Below, one piece after another: positions 37,547-47,447 of a DNA stretch of 58,752 nt. Numbering within the stretch: the first letter of the stretch is position 1; every line of letters begins with the position of its first letter. A program made the translations under genes and the position numbers. Source of the DNA: an uncultured Anaerolineales bacterium (GTDB lineage Bacteria > Chloroflexota > Anaerolineae > Anaerolineales > UBA11858); contig CAZLNX010000002.1 in the NCBI GenBank assembly GCA_964560795.1, positions 1-58,752 of the forward strand, given 5' to 3'. Under the pieces are notes generated by a model. The model saw only the letters and a list, made by a program, of their open reading frames with translations, ran no database searches and was not told where the DNA came from.

Positions 37547-38815
37547 TTAATTTAACCCTCCTGCTGGCGGTCCAAATGACCGCAATTCCCCCAATTCATC
37601 ACGCAGCAAAGCATGATACACATTCACTAGCCGTCGGTTGAGTTTCTCGATATCGTAATACTCTTCGACAAATCTGCGTCCAGCTTGGCCCATTTCGAGC
37701 CAATCCTGTGGACGATCAATTAAACGCTGGATTTTCTCCACCAAGGCGTCCACATCTCCCGGAGGCACAATGTAACCGGATTTGCCGTTGTCGATGGCTT
37801 GATCGACACTTCCCACTGATGTAGCGATAACAGGCAACCCAACTGCCTGCGCCTCCATCAATACAACCGGAAGCGCCTCGCCGAGACTGGGAAGAAGAAA
37901 AATATGATTTCCTTGCATCGCTCGAGCAACTTGTTCCTGATCACCAGGCCCAAATAAATGTACAACATCCCCTAACTCTAAATCTTGAATTTGTTGCTCC
38001 AAGTCACTCATCAAAGGCCCGTCACCTATAATAGTATATTCAAAGACGATGTTTTGATTTCGTTCTCGAATTTTCGAAATCGCATCAATGCTGTAGCGAA
38101 GGCCCTTTACTTCAGCTAAACGAGCAACAGTCAATAATTTGATGATCTGCTCGCCTTCGCCAGATCTGGATGGTCGATGAAAGGAAAATTTCCCAAGATC
38201 TACACCACCTGGGTGATAAACGATTTTCTCTGGATCTAGCCCAAATTCAGTCAAATGCTTGACGTTATAATCCGAGATAGACAGAAAACAATCGCCATGC
38301 TCAAAGAGATTGGCATATATCTTCCCGCCTTTTTCTATCCCCTCCTGGACGTCAGTCAGATGGAACATGGTAACCAGTTTCCCCTTGACCCCCAGCTGTT
38401 TAAGCCGCGCTGCTAAATTCCCGTTCATGCCAAAATGACACATTAATATGTCGTAATCTTTGTCGACACGCATAAATGCAATCAGGGCGTGGATCAACTT
38501 TAATTTGTATGCATCTCTTTTGAATTTGAAAATATTTAGCGATTGGAGAATTCGTAAGGGATCCCTATGTAAATTCTGTAGCAACAATTTAAATGCGCTC
38601 AATGCACGTTTGACTCGGTTGCGAGGAATGCCATAATAATGTGTCCGCTTCATCAATCCATAGGAGGCGATATCACCGTGAACAACAGCCTGCTTGGGAT
38701 TGCTGTAAGCAAAGATGTCCACATCGTAGCCTTGATCAATTAAGGTCGTTATCTGGTTCAGAATGAAAGTTTCAGAGAACGCGGGAAACAGATTAACGAT
38801 AAAGGCAATTTTCAT
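37547..38815 (-). CDS. Glycosyltransferase family 4, WcaL-like (copy 1)
   Basis: FPAFSETFILNQI, CHFG, TVARLAEVKG, EALPVVLMEAQA. Same 422-aa length as its neighbour. Confidence 0.92.
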   Translation of the reverse strand: MKIAFIVNLFPAFSETFILNQITTLIDQGYDVDIFAYSNPKQAVVHGDIASYGLMKRTHYYGIPRNRVKRALSAFKLLLQNLHRDPLRILQSLNIFKFKRDAYKLKLIHALIAFMRVDKDYDILMCHFGMNGNLAARLKQLGVKGKLVTMFHLTDVQEGIEKGGKIYANLFEHGDCFLSISDYNVKHLTEFGLDPEKIVYHPGGVDLGKFSFHRPSRSGEGEQIIKLLTVARLAEVKGLRYSIDAISKIRERNQNIVFEYTIIGDGPLMSDLEQQIQDLELGDVVHLFGPGDQEQVARAMQGNHIFLLPSLGEALPVVLMEAQAVGLPVIATSVGSVDQAIDNGKSGYIVPPGDVDALVEKIQRLIDRPQDWLEMGQAGRRFVEEYYDIEKLNRRLVNVYHALLRDELGELRSFGPPAGGLN

Positions 38816-39825
38816 AGGATCTTAGATAGAATACTTTTGGGGTAATTTAATGCCCGCCTGAGAAATTCTGGAAACAGTGAATACCAAATGGTTCTTGCCA
38901 GATGAGATGGTGACAATAGCGAACTGCGACTCGCTGCAATAATTTTTTCCACCATATCCTGGCGCACCTCGTCCAACTCGGCAGGGATCAAATACGCGTT
39001 CCGTTCTGATGCACTAAAAAGCGCTAAGAGAGTGGCAATTACTTGCTCAGTCTGATGATCGCTCAATGTGTGACTGGGTCTTTGAGATTCGAATAACCAG
39101 CCTATAATTTCAGTAGAGATTGCCCGATCGAGTACCTGAGAAATCAGCTGCTGGCGGGCACGATGCGCCAGACCTTGCTGTATCTCAGTACGATGATTGC
39201 TGATCGTTCCTGGGTGAGTGCGATACAGAACCAGGACTTCAGGCATATTGGCAAATTGTGTTACGCCTAACAGACGAATCCACAAACCATAATCCTGTGC
39301 ATACCGATAAGATTCGTCATAACCACCGACACTTTCTACAATGGATTTTCGCATCATTACTGATGGATGGCCAAAGGCTCGTTTAAAAAATAATGTCCAC
39401 ACAATCATGCTGTGTGATGTGGGCACTTCAAAGGTACGCAACGGTGTTCCCACTTCGTTTATGACGGTCATCTGGCTACCTATAACACCAACTTTACGGG
39501 ATGAATCCAAGTATTCGACCTGTCGTTCAAATCGTTCGGGAACACAAATGTCGTCTGGGTCCATGCGAGCAACATAATCCCCCCGCGCAATTTCCAAACC
39601 AATATTCAGAGAGCGTGTCAAACCGATATTCTCTTCATTGGAAATTAGCCGTATACGAGGGTCGTCGTACGCCGACAGTATCTCAATACTGTCATCCGTT
39701 GACCCATCATCAACAATAATGAACTCAAAATCTTCGAAAGTCTGACCAAGAACGCTATCAACGGCTATACGCAAATAACGCGCGCCATTGTAGACACTCA
39801 TCAGCACGCTCATCTTAGGTGGCAT
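38812..39825 (-). CDS. Glycosyltransferase family 2
   Basis: SVLMSVYNG, VDDGSTD, ARMDPDD, HPSVMMR, AQDYGLW. Confidence 0.93.
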   Translation of the reverse strand: MPPKMSVLMSVYNGARYLRIAVDSVLGQTFEDFEFIIVDDGSTDDSIEILSAYDDPRIRLISNEENIGLTRSLNIGLEIARGDYVARMDPDDICVPERFERQVEYLDSSRKVGVIGSQMTVINEVGTPLRTFEVPTSHSMIVWTLFFKRAFGHPSVMMRKSIVESVGGYDESYRYAQDYGLWIRLLGVTQFANMPEVLVLYRTHPGTISNHRTEIQQGLAHRARQQLISQVLDRAISTEIIGWLFESQRPSHTLSDHQTEQVIATLLALFSASERNAYLIPAELDEVRQDMVEKIIAASRSSLLSPSHLARTIWYSLFPEFLRRALNYPKSILSKIL

Positions 39826-39858
39826 ATTAAATCTCTATAAGGCATCATCACCATATTA

Positions 39859-41067
39859 TTATTTCATCATATTCCAAAGATACCGCAATAACTCAACAAA
39901 GAAACCTAAGATCATACGGCTCGCTTCTTTTATACTATCGGACCAACCGCTATTTACAGGAGAAACCATCACATCTTGCAGCATGGTGAATTCCTTTTGC
40001 AAAACTGCATCGAGCGAGAAATTCTCAACGACAAATTTTCTAGCATTCCGCCCTATTTGTTCAGCTGCTTCGGCTTCTGATAATACATCTTGAATAGCGG
40101 CTCGAATTTCTTGAGATGTAGTACCACAAAGGTAACCTGTATCTCGATGCCGGATCAAGTTGCGTGTACTGGGAATTTCACTGGCAACAACGGGGCGACC
40201 ACAAGACATCGCTTCCAACAAAACTTTGGGATGGCCCTCATATAAGGACGGCAAAACGAATATCTGGGACGCATTGAGATATATTGGCAGATTTTCGTGG
40301 TCACAAATTCCCCGAAAATTAACCTCGACCCCTTTCTCACTCGCAGTTGATTGCAGCGCTTCGAGCAGTGGACCGTCTCCAATGATATTCAAATTAACAT
40401 CCAGGCCATCAACAGCTTCGAACAGTGCAAAGAGATTTTTCTGAGCCTGAAGGCGTCCTACAAAGCTGATTACTCCAGGCTTATAAGAAATTCCTGGATC
40501 AGGTGCAAAGGTATCGGTGAGCACATAATTGGGGATAATAGAAATTTTTTTCTCATCGAGATCATACTGCTCCATGAGATACTGCTTCATATGCTCAGCG
40601 GTGACAACTATCCGATCTGCCTCAGTGAAGACAGTTTTCTCTTGATGGCGTATCCCCACTACATCTGGAGATTCCTCTCCCTTTTGTTTAGCGACAAAAC
40701 GCGACCAAATATATCCACTGCGAGCGACCAACGGCTTGCGGTAGATGCGCGCTGCCCGCAGGGCAATTACAGCGCCATTAGTTTGATTCGTTTTGTATAC
40801 ATCCGCTTTGGATAGTTGCTTTCTATGAAGGAAAGGAATAAGAATTTCATAAATACGCGACGGAAACCCCATCCTATTCGGCAGAACCTGAATACCCTGA
40901 AGTGCTTTCGAATAGTTCAGATCGCCAGTGTCCCCATATGTGACAATTGAAACCTTAACACCTTGGCTTTGGAGTCGGCGATAGATTTCAATTTCTCGCT
41001 CTAAAACCCCGGTTTCGTCCCAAGCTTTTAAGGTTACACCTCGGGTAAAGAAAAGAACTATATACAT
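39859..41067 (-). CDS. Glycosyltransferase family 4
   Basis: Likely start ATG 41067 (MYIVLFFTRG); FVGRLQAQKN, EGHPKVLLEAMSCG. Confidence 0.92.
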   Translation of the reverse strand: MYIVLFFTRGVTLKAWDETGVLEREIEIYRRLQSQGVKVSIVTYGDTGDLNYSKALQGIQVLPNRMGFPSRIYEILIPFLHRKQLSKADVYKTNQTNGAVIALRAARIYRKPLVARSGYIWSRFVAKQKGEESPDVVGIRHQEKTVFTEADRIVVTAEHMKQYLMEQYDLDEKKISIIPNYVLTDTFAPDPGISYKPGVISFVGRLQAQKNLFALFEAVDGLDVNLNIIGDGPLLEALQSTASEKGVEVNFRGICDHENLPIYLNASQIFVLPSLYEGHPKVLLEAMSCGRPVVASEIPSTRNLIRHRDTGYLCGTTSQEIRAAIQDVLSEAEAAEQIGRNARKFVVENFSLDAVLQKEFTMLQDVMVSPVNSGWSDSIKEASRMILGFFVELLRYLWNMMK

Positions 41068-41174
41068 AAAAAAATCTGGGCTACAACCCAATAGATGAAT
41101 ACATCGCTTCTGCTGTTCGAACCATTATTCCCACACAATCTCTCTGCGTTCACTTTGTGATATTGTGGCATCTC

Positions 41175-43034
41175 TCAGTAGCTAACTATCATTTCATAGA
41201 AATCATACCTCTCCCCCAGAGCAACTGAGCCATTAACCGACAAATGACCTTCGTCTCTGTACAGAAACACTTCATCCAAATGGGTAACACATCGCCTGCC
41301 ATCGCAAATCAAATCATCAAGGCGGATCACTCTATAGCTGGGATCGATTCTATCCAGTACATTGTACACGTTCATAGATCCTTCCGATATCTCGGAATAC
41401 AAATAATCGCACTCATCCAACTTTAGTCCGAACCATTCAGCCTTGGCTAAACACCTTCCCAAGTCGACTCCATTTCTTGGCGGAGGCGAAAAAACAACTG
41501 GTATAATCCCCATCTTTTCTAATTCATCAAGTGTATAAACTAACCCGGCTAATTGATAATTTGATGCCGCTGAAAGTACAGCATATTTTATCGTAGTATT
41601 TGCCTCGAGCCATTCGCGCACCTGCTTATTAAATTCTAAACAGTATCCAGACTCACTAGAATCGTAATATGGGCCACAGCTATCCAGGGTCAATTGAATA
41701 AGCTTTGCGTCGGGATTTGACGCTAAAATTCCATTCACCAAATGCTTGGCATACGAATCCCCCCATACCAGTATTTCTGGTTCTTCGCTTGTTCTACACT
41801 CGGCCGGCAAAGAAAATGGCTCGCGGCAATATTTTGCCAATCCGTGATTGGCCATTAAGTCCGCAGCGATATTAGCGTGCGTATACTGATGTTGTGTCAA
41901 CCTGTTCTCGAAACCATTCGTTATGATACCGATTATCCCCAGACACATGAATAAAAGCGAGGCGCTTGCGCTAAGCGTTAAAATTGTCCTTTTATGCAAC
42001 CAATCCCGTTTACGAAACGGCTGTTCCACAAACCGCCAACTTAAATAAGCTAGAAAAAAAGCGAAAACTGACAAAACGACAAAAATGCCCTTTTCTGGTT
42101 CTGTCAAACTTCTATGGCGAGCAAAAGCAAAAAGTGGTTGATGCCACAGGTATGCGCTATAGCTAATCAAGCCAATTGCAACCAACGCTCTTGTCCCCAG
42201 GATGCGTCCCAAAAAGGTTTGCTCAGAAGCAAAAAGAATTATTAATCCAGTACCAATCGTTGGCAATAGCGCAAACAAGCTTGGAAACGGCACTGTTTCA
42301 TCAAAGGTAAAAATCGCATAAACGATCATCAAGAAACCACTCAAGCCCATTAGCTCACGGAATAATTTATTAGCCGAAAGGACATCATGTGACTTCTTGC
42401 GGTACAGAAAATGAAAGGCTATGATTGCACCAATAGCAAGCTCCCATGCTCGAGTCGGCAACAAATAGAAAGTTGCGACGGGAGCATTATTCACACCCCA
42501 TTGTGTAGCCAGAAGGCTAATTGTTGCAATTATGCCAAAGGAGCCAAGAATCCATTTTTTTGGGAAACGCCACATGAATAGCAGAAAAAGCGGGAATAGC
42601 AAGTAATATTGCTCTTCGACTGCCAGACTCCATGTATGCAATAATGGTTTGAATTCATTAGCCACTTCCCAATACCCAGTCTCTTGCCAAAATAGAATAT
42701 TGGAAGAATAAGTTGAAACAGCCACCAAACTTTCAGAAAAATCTTTTAGATCCGGAGGAATTAACCATACCCAAGCAAAAGGTACAGATACCAACATCAC
42801 AAAAAATAAAGCCGGCAAAATCCGTCTGGCACGCCGCTCATAAAAACGAGCAAGTGAAAATTCGCCTTCAGACAAATCGGAGAGTATGATGGTGGTAATT
42901 AGGTACCCACTGATAACAAAGAAAACATCGACCCCCACAAACCCTCCGCGAAAATACTCAAAACCGGCATGAAATAAGACAACAGGGATGACTGCGACGG
43001 CTCTTAAGCCATCAATTTCGGGCCTATATTTCAT
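41175..43034 (-). CDS. O-acyltransferase, Acyltransferase-3 + SGNH (OafA/YrhL-like)
   Basis: YRPEIDGLRAVAV, GGFVGVDVFFVISGYLIT, HTWSLAVEEQYY, C-terminal WGDSYA and RDEGHLS. Confidence 0.93.
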   Translation of the reverse strand: MKYRPEIDGLRAVAVIPVVLFHAGFEYFRGGFVGVDVFFVISGYLITTIILSDLSEGEFSLARFYERRARRILPALFFVMLVSVPFAWVWLIPPDLKDFSESLVAVSTYSSNILFWQETGYWEVANEFKPLLHTWSLAVEEQYYLLFPLFLLFMWRFPKKWILGSFGIIATISLLATQWGVNNAPVATFYLLPTRAWELAIGAIIAFHFLYRKKSHDVLSANKLFRELMGLSGFLMIVYAIFTFDETVPFPSLFALLPTIGTGLIILFASEQTFLGRILGTRALVAIGLISYSAYLWHQPLFAFARHRSLTEPEKGIFVVLSVFAFFLAYLSWRFVEQPFRKRDWLHKRTILTLSASASLLFMCLGIIGIITNGFENRLTQHQYTHANIAADLMANHGLAKYCREPFSLPAECRTSEEPEILVWGDSYAKHLVNGILASNPDAKLIQLTLDSCGPYYDSSESGYCLEFNKQVREWLEANTTIKYAVLSAASNYQLAGLVYTLDELEKMGIIPVVFSPPPRNGVDLGRCLAKAEWFGLKLDECDYLYSEISEGSMNVYNVLDRIDPSYRVIRLDDLICDGRRCVTHLDEVFLYRDEGHLSVNGSVALGERYDFYEMIVSY

Positions 43035-43089
43035 AGATGCAATTCGTTCTCCATGAACCGGCAGATTTTATTCGTCAAACTGCCATTGA

Positions 43090-43316
43090 GTAAAGTACCA
43101 CCACCAAAGGTGGTGGCTTGAAATACTGCACCTAGAAAGTGCGATGCCACTCGGTTAGTTGAACAAACGACCTTGCTTGGTCTCGGTTTCTCACTCTTTC
43201 TCTGTCTGCCATTTCACATACTTTCGGATTCGCTCTTCATCTAGTCCTACTGTACTGACGCAGTACCCTCGTGACCACACATGCTACCCCCAGTACCGCT
43301 TGCGCAGTTGTGGAAA
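43090..43316 (-). mobile_element. tnpA: IS200/IS605-family remnant: 3' fragment of tnpA (43155-43316, two internal stops) plus right-end hairpin
   Basis: Manual minus-strand translation FPQLRKRYWG*HVWSRGYCVSTVGLDEERIRKYVKWQTEKE*ETETKQGRLFN* matches the Y1 transposase C-terminus (W.RGY.VSTVG...I.KY..Q). Downstream hairpin CCACCACC-AAA-GGTGGTGG at 43098-43116. Confidence 0.85.
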
Positions 43317-43516
43317 CCCCCTCTTATTTACCAACAATTCAACGCCCTGCAACGAAGATTCATATTTTAAGTCTTCTGAATCTCCGTACGTAACAAATGA
43401 TATCCTCAACCCTTGATCTTAAAGCCTGCGATAGAGCGAGACTTCACACTCTAAAACCCCGTTTTCATCCCATTTTTTAAGGATACCCCGCGCTTAAAAA
43501 AGAGAATCAGATACAT
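43311..43516 (-). pseudogene. 5' fragment of a GT4 paralogous to 39859-41067 (frameshift plus nonsense codon)
   Basis: Reads MYLILFFKRGVSLK/-WDENGVLECEVSLYRRL*DQGLRISFVTYGDSEDLKYESSLQGVELLVNKRGFP versus intact MYIVLFFTRGVTLKAWDETGVLEREIEIYRRLQSQGVKVSIVTYGDTGDLNYSKALQGIQVLPNRMGFP. Confidence 0.88.
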
Positions 43517-43525
43517 CGACTTTTT

Positions 43526-44707
43526 CTATAATATTTCTGCAAGAATTAGGTCTGCCGCCGACTGGGCGGACTGCCCATCAAAGGAATTGTAGTATACCTT
43601 GAAAACTTCTTCGCCTAGTTTATTCAACTCTCGCCCGGCATAATCGCCTGACTCAATCATGCCTAGATACTCATCGTAGGTGTCAATCACGATACTATCG
43701 AAGAATTCAAATTTCTGACTACGCGATCTTCCGGTAAAGTTACACACAAAAACATTTCGCAATCCTGCAGACCAGAGTTCATAGATTGAAGATGAACCGA
43801 ATGTAAGGATAAACTCACTATTCATCGCATATTCCCAATACCAGACACCTGGTTCAAGGCATTTAATCTGTCCAGCTTCGAGATCATGCTCGCGTTCAAT
43901 TTCGAATAAGATTCTGCTGACATCAACAAAATCATGGTATTCTGCCCTTAATGGATGAATTTTTAGAATGGGCGAAAATCCCTGCTCTATCAGCGGTATG
44001 CAAATATCTGCAAGGTGTTTCTTTTGATTGGCATAACAAACTTGCCTTGAATCACCAGGATTAGTAAAAACACCTCGGTTCCCCCCTGGGTGGAATATGA
44101 ACACACTTCGATCTTGTTCGCTTCTATTGTCGATAGCGTTTCTACTATCCCAAACCTTATCAAGGTATGTGAAACCAACATTGAACAACCCAGAATTTTC
44201 GAGAATCTCAGGGAAGGAATGTATACGAGAAAAAGAATTCTCTGTCGAGAACACGGATCTTTGTTCAGCTTCATCATCATAAGATTGGTATGCTGAATCA
44301 ACTTTGAGCATAAAAGGAATATGCTGATAACCCAAAGCGAAAGCCTGGGCATTCAAGGCAGCACTCATTTTTCGCAAACGGGGCAACTCTTTGGTAGTTG
44401 AGATCACCGCATCAAATTTCCCTAATCTCCCGCGCCAATGATATTTAAGTTTTCCTTGTGATGCACTCCAATCTGGAGTATGGTCAATCAGCCCCGCAAC
44501 ATATCGCAATGACTGAGGGTTGATTACTTCCACCTGGTTAGGATTCGAACGGATATAGCGTTCAGAAAACCCATAGGATAACCCAAAGGCTGATGGTCGA
44601 TTGACCTTATAAACTACTTGGTGCCCAGACTGTAACAGTTTCGAAACTACAGGTATTAGCACCTTGGCATAAAGGGCGTGACCATGTGAGACCAAGATTC
44701 GCTTCAC
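43526..44707 (-). CDS. Putative GT-B fold transferase (HP/SS-motif type)
   Basis: GYQH, FHPGG, ILKIHP, LTFGSSSIYE, FDGQSAQ..DLI resemble CMP/CDP-donor GT-B enzymes. Confidence 0.5.
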   Translation of the reverse strand: MKRILVSHGHALYAKVLIPVVSKLLQSGHQVVYKVNRPSAFGLSYGFSERYIRSNPNQVEVINPQSLRYVAGLIDHTPDWSASQGKLKYHWRGRLGKFDAVISTTKELPRLRKMSAALNAQAFALGYQHIPFMLKVDSAYQSYDDEAEQRSVFSTENSFSRIHSFPEILENSGLFNVGFTYLDKVWDSRNAIDNRSEQDRSVFIFHPGGNRGVFTNPGDSRQVCYANQKKHLADICIPLIEQGFSPILKIHPLRAEYHDFVDVSRILFEIEREHDLEAGQIKCLEPGVWYWEYAMNSEFILTFGSSSIYELWSAGLRNVFVCNFTGRSRSQKFEFFDSIVIDTYDEYLGMIESGDYAGRELNKLGEEVFKVYYNSFDGQSAQSAADLILAEIL

Positions 44708-45615
44708 TGCTCAACAACCTCCAAGAATTGTCCAACCGTCTCCGAGTCTGCGCTCTTATGAGAAAAGATCTCATAAATGGCACCGACCAGATCATCACGA
44801 GATCTCAAATTTGAATTATCCGATACACCATAACACTGAGAGAAAAGAGGCCTCAGTTTATCCATCATGTCATTAATGATTGGTTTTACTTCTGAAAGAT
44901 CGCCATCCTGTCCAAGAAAATCCAACACCTGTTTATAACGGTCGGATTCAACTTGTATGTCTTTAGATCGATCGAGACGACTTTTTCCAGTTAGAGATCC
45001 GAGTAGTGCTCCCAATACCCGGTGCCGGCTATCGGGATATTCTGCCATTACTTCTTCAAAAACTCCCAGGGCAAATTGATCAACACTGCGCCCCAAGAAG
45101 CGCCATTTCTCTACATCGCTCTTTGTTTTCAGATAGAGAGAGAAATCAGAAAACCGCGGCCTATGTATTCCCAGGATGCCCTCCACGCTCTTCTTTCTCA
45201 ATCCCCAGCGGCCGGTTCTCTTGAAGAGATCCCGATCTACTGTGCGCACATCTCGAAATTTGAAGAATCTAAAATAACTCCGTTTCCAGCACTTTACCGC
45301 CCCACCAACCCCAAAGCCCTCTTCATATAAACGGCCGAACACCATATACTCTCTCAGGGAACTGCACTTAACTGCTTCATACAGTGTACGGATAGCATGG
45401 GGTTTCAACAGCATATCTGCATCGACCTGCACGAAATATTTAGTTTTACAGCGATCGGGCATGGCCTGGAAGGCACTACTCATTGGAAAAACATCCTGGA
45501 TGTACTCGATCCTGAACACGCAATCCTGATCACCCAAAGCCGCTAGACAATCATTCATAGTAGTTTCGCCTGTTGAAACTACGAAGACAGTAAGTTCATT
45601 ACTAAGGTCGATCAT
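44704..45615 (-). CDS. Putative GT-A fold glycosyltransferase
   Basis: TVFVVS, YFVQVDADM (DxD); start overlaps the upstream stop. Confidence 0.55.
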   Translation of the reverse strand: MIDLSNELTVFVVSTGETTMNDCLAALGDQDCVFRIEYIQDVFPMSSAFQAMPDRCKTKYFVQVDADMLLKPHAIRTLYEAVKCSSLREYMVFGRLYEEGFGVGGAVKCWKRSYFRFFKFRDVRTVDRDLFKRTGRWGLRKKSVEGILGIHRPRFSDFSLYLKTKSDVEKWRFLGRSVDQFALGVFEEVMAEYPDSRHRVLGALLGSLTGKSRLDRSKDIQVESDRYKQVLDFLGQDGDLSEVKPIINDMMDKLRPLFSQCYGVSDNSNLRSRDDLVGAIYEIFSHKSADSETVGQFLEVVEQ

Positions 45616-46520
45616 TATATATTGAATTTCTTTCGAAGGCGCCTGATGAATGAATGTATCTTCCTTCGTAACAAAAATCGATAAAATGACAAGGGAGCGG
45701 TTTTTGCCCCACTGGTCTCGTACCCGTATCTAGCGTTCAACCAACCGCCATATTTGTTGAATACACGTTTATCTTCTTCAGAAAGCCGCTCTAAATACCT
45801 TTGATCTAATTTCACAGAAAATCCGTAACGCTCAAAGAAATCCAGTGCATCGGGATGCAGTTCTTCTTTTGTGATGGTGTTGAAATATAGCTGGTTCAAC
45901 GTTACCGGCTTGGCATTGCCTCCCATAATATGCTGGTGCACAGACCAAAATTCGAGCATACTATCAGAAAAAGGAACGCCAAGAAAATCACAAATCTTGC
46001 ATAGCGTCCCCTCAATATCCTCACACAAATCCTCGTAAGCAAGAAGCAATACATCAAGATTGGGAGACTTGCTCAGGAAATTATCAATCTTCAAGTTCGT
46101 ATTTGCCCAAGCGAGTATATGCTCTTCAACCAGGCTGCCTTTTTTTCTTTTGGTTTTAACAAATGTAGCTAAACCATTGCGGGTTATGCGGATTACTTTT
46201 ATTCGCGCCTTAGTTTGTTGCGAGCTTTTTTCAATCCACTGGACATTCTTCGATGAATCAACCAGGAATGGAGTTCCAAATGCTTCAAAAGCTGCATCAT
46301 GAAAATAAGGCGACTCCACTATTTCGATGAAGTGCTGCCAGTGTTCACAAGTGCGCCGACAAACCTTGCAAAGCGTGTTTGGCTGATCAATAATTCGTTG
46401 GCTTATGAACATGAACTCACCAAGGCTGGTACACTGTGGATGAGCACCGATCATCATATCAAAAAGGGTACTTCCGGAATGCGGCGCACTAAGTATGTAG
46501 ACGATTGTTTGATCTGTCAT
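45615..46520 (-). CDS. Sulfotransferase family protein
   Basis: ILSAPHSGSTLF (5'-PSB), LGE, CKVCRRTCEHW, VDSSK, ITRNG, YEDLC, CDFLG. Confidence 0.85.
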   Translation of the reverse strand: MTDQTIVYILSAPHSGSTLFDMMIGAHPQCTSLGEFMFISQRIIDQPNTLCKVCRRTCEHWQHFIEIVESPYFHDAAFEAFGTPFLVDSSKNVQWIEKSSQQTKARIKVIRITRNGLATFVKTKRKKGSLVEEHILAWANTNLKIDNFLSKSPNLDVLLLAYEDLCEDIEGTLCKICDFLGVPFSDSMLEFWSVHQHIMGGNAKPVTLNQLYFNTITKEELHPDALDFFERYGFSVKLDQRYLERLSEEDKRVFNKYGGWLNARYGYETSGAKTAPLSFYRFLLRRKIHSFIRRLRKKFNI

Positions 46521-47392
46521 ATTTGCAGTTCATCCTCAAAGCCAGGGGATTCTAAATTGTCGTTGGGTTGAAATACGGGATAACAGTTGCGGACTTTTGC
46601 CGCTAACCAGGTTTGGTTATACTCCCTGGCGTAAACTTCTTCAATTTTAACAACTTGATCCAATCCCCCAGGCGATAAAGGGAACAAACCCGTACTCATG
46701 AAGCTTGCCTTACGGAAAAGCGTAGACCCCATGGCCCAAACATTCAATACTAAGTTCCTAGAGGGCAACCAAGTCCAAAATTCTACATCCGTGGATGTGG
46801 AGCGAAGAGGTGCAATCACCCTTCCAGGTTTCCACCAATTGTTTTGATTCTTCAGCCGAACAATCCCTATCTCAGGATATTCGGCTAGAACATCCAAGCA
46901 TTTCTGAATATAAGGCTCGTGGTAATCCACCACCATATCGTCCTCGATCAACATGATAAATTCACCCCGGGCATGCTGGTATGCGTCGTTCAACGCCCCT
47001 GCCATACCAAGATTCTCAGGATGCGCAATGATGGAGTCGAAGAAATTAAGATCATGAGCATAGTCGACTAACTCTCTCCCCGAACCATTATCTACTAAAA
47101 TTTTCTCAAGCCTTGGGTAATTCTCAACTTCTGAAAAGAACGGCACCAAACTTTCACACAGTCGCTTGAACTCGGGTAGTCGTTTGCACGAGAGCACCAC
47201 CATAGTTACAAGGCCATCCTCGAATTCGGCATACTTCTTGCTGTCACGAATCAGTTCTCTCGTTTTCGGACGTTTTTTCCAAACTTCTAGTTGCAGTCTC
47301 AATCTGGATACTAATTTTGCTTGGCCGAAATTTGGGGGATCGGTTTGTTTTTCTCGCGCCCATTGGGGCCTGACTTCAAATTTACTCGTCAT
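46517..47392 (-). CDS. Glycosyltransferase family 2-like (copy 2)
   Basis: LVDNGSG, ENLGMAGALN, MLIEDD. Tandem paralog of 47448-48323. Confidence 0.82.
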   Translation of the reverse strand: MTSKFEVRPQWAREKQTDPPNFGQAKLVSRLRLQLEVWKKRPKTRELIRDSKKYAEFEDGLVTMVVLSCKRLPEFKRLCESLVPFFSEVENYPRLEKILVDNGSGRELVDYAHDLNFFDSIIAHPENLGMAGALNDAYQHARGEFIMLIEDDMVVDYHEPYIQKCLDVLAEYPEIGIVRLKNQNNWWKPGRVIAPLRSTSTDVEFWTWLPSRNLVLNVWAMGSTLFRKASFMSTGLFPLSPGGLDQVVKIEEVYAREYNQTWLAAKVRNCYPVFQPNDNLESPGFEDELQI

Positions 47393-47447
47393 CTATCCTA
47401 ACCTTGAATCACATATTTTTCAGCATCTTTGCAGGAAGATTTTCCCC

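Noticed and set aside
43159-43416. 85-aa plus-strand ORF
   Set aside because: It is the antisense shadow of the tnpA and GT4 pseudogene fragments.
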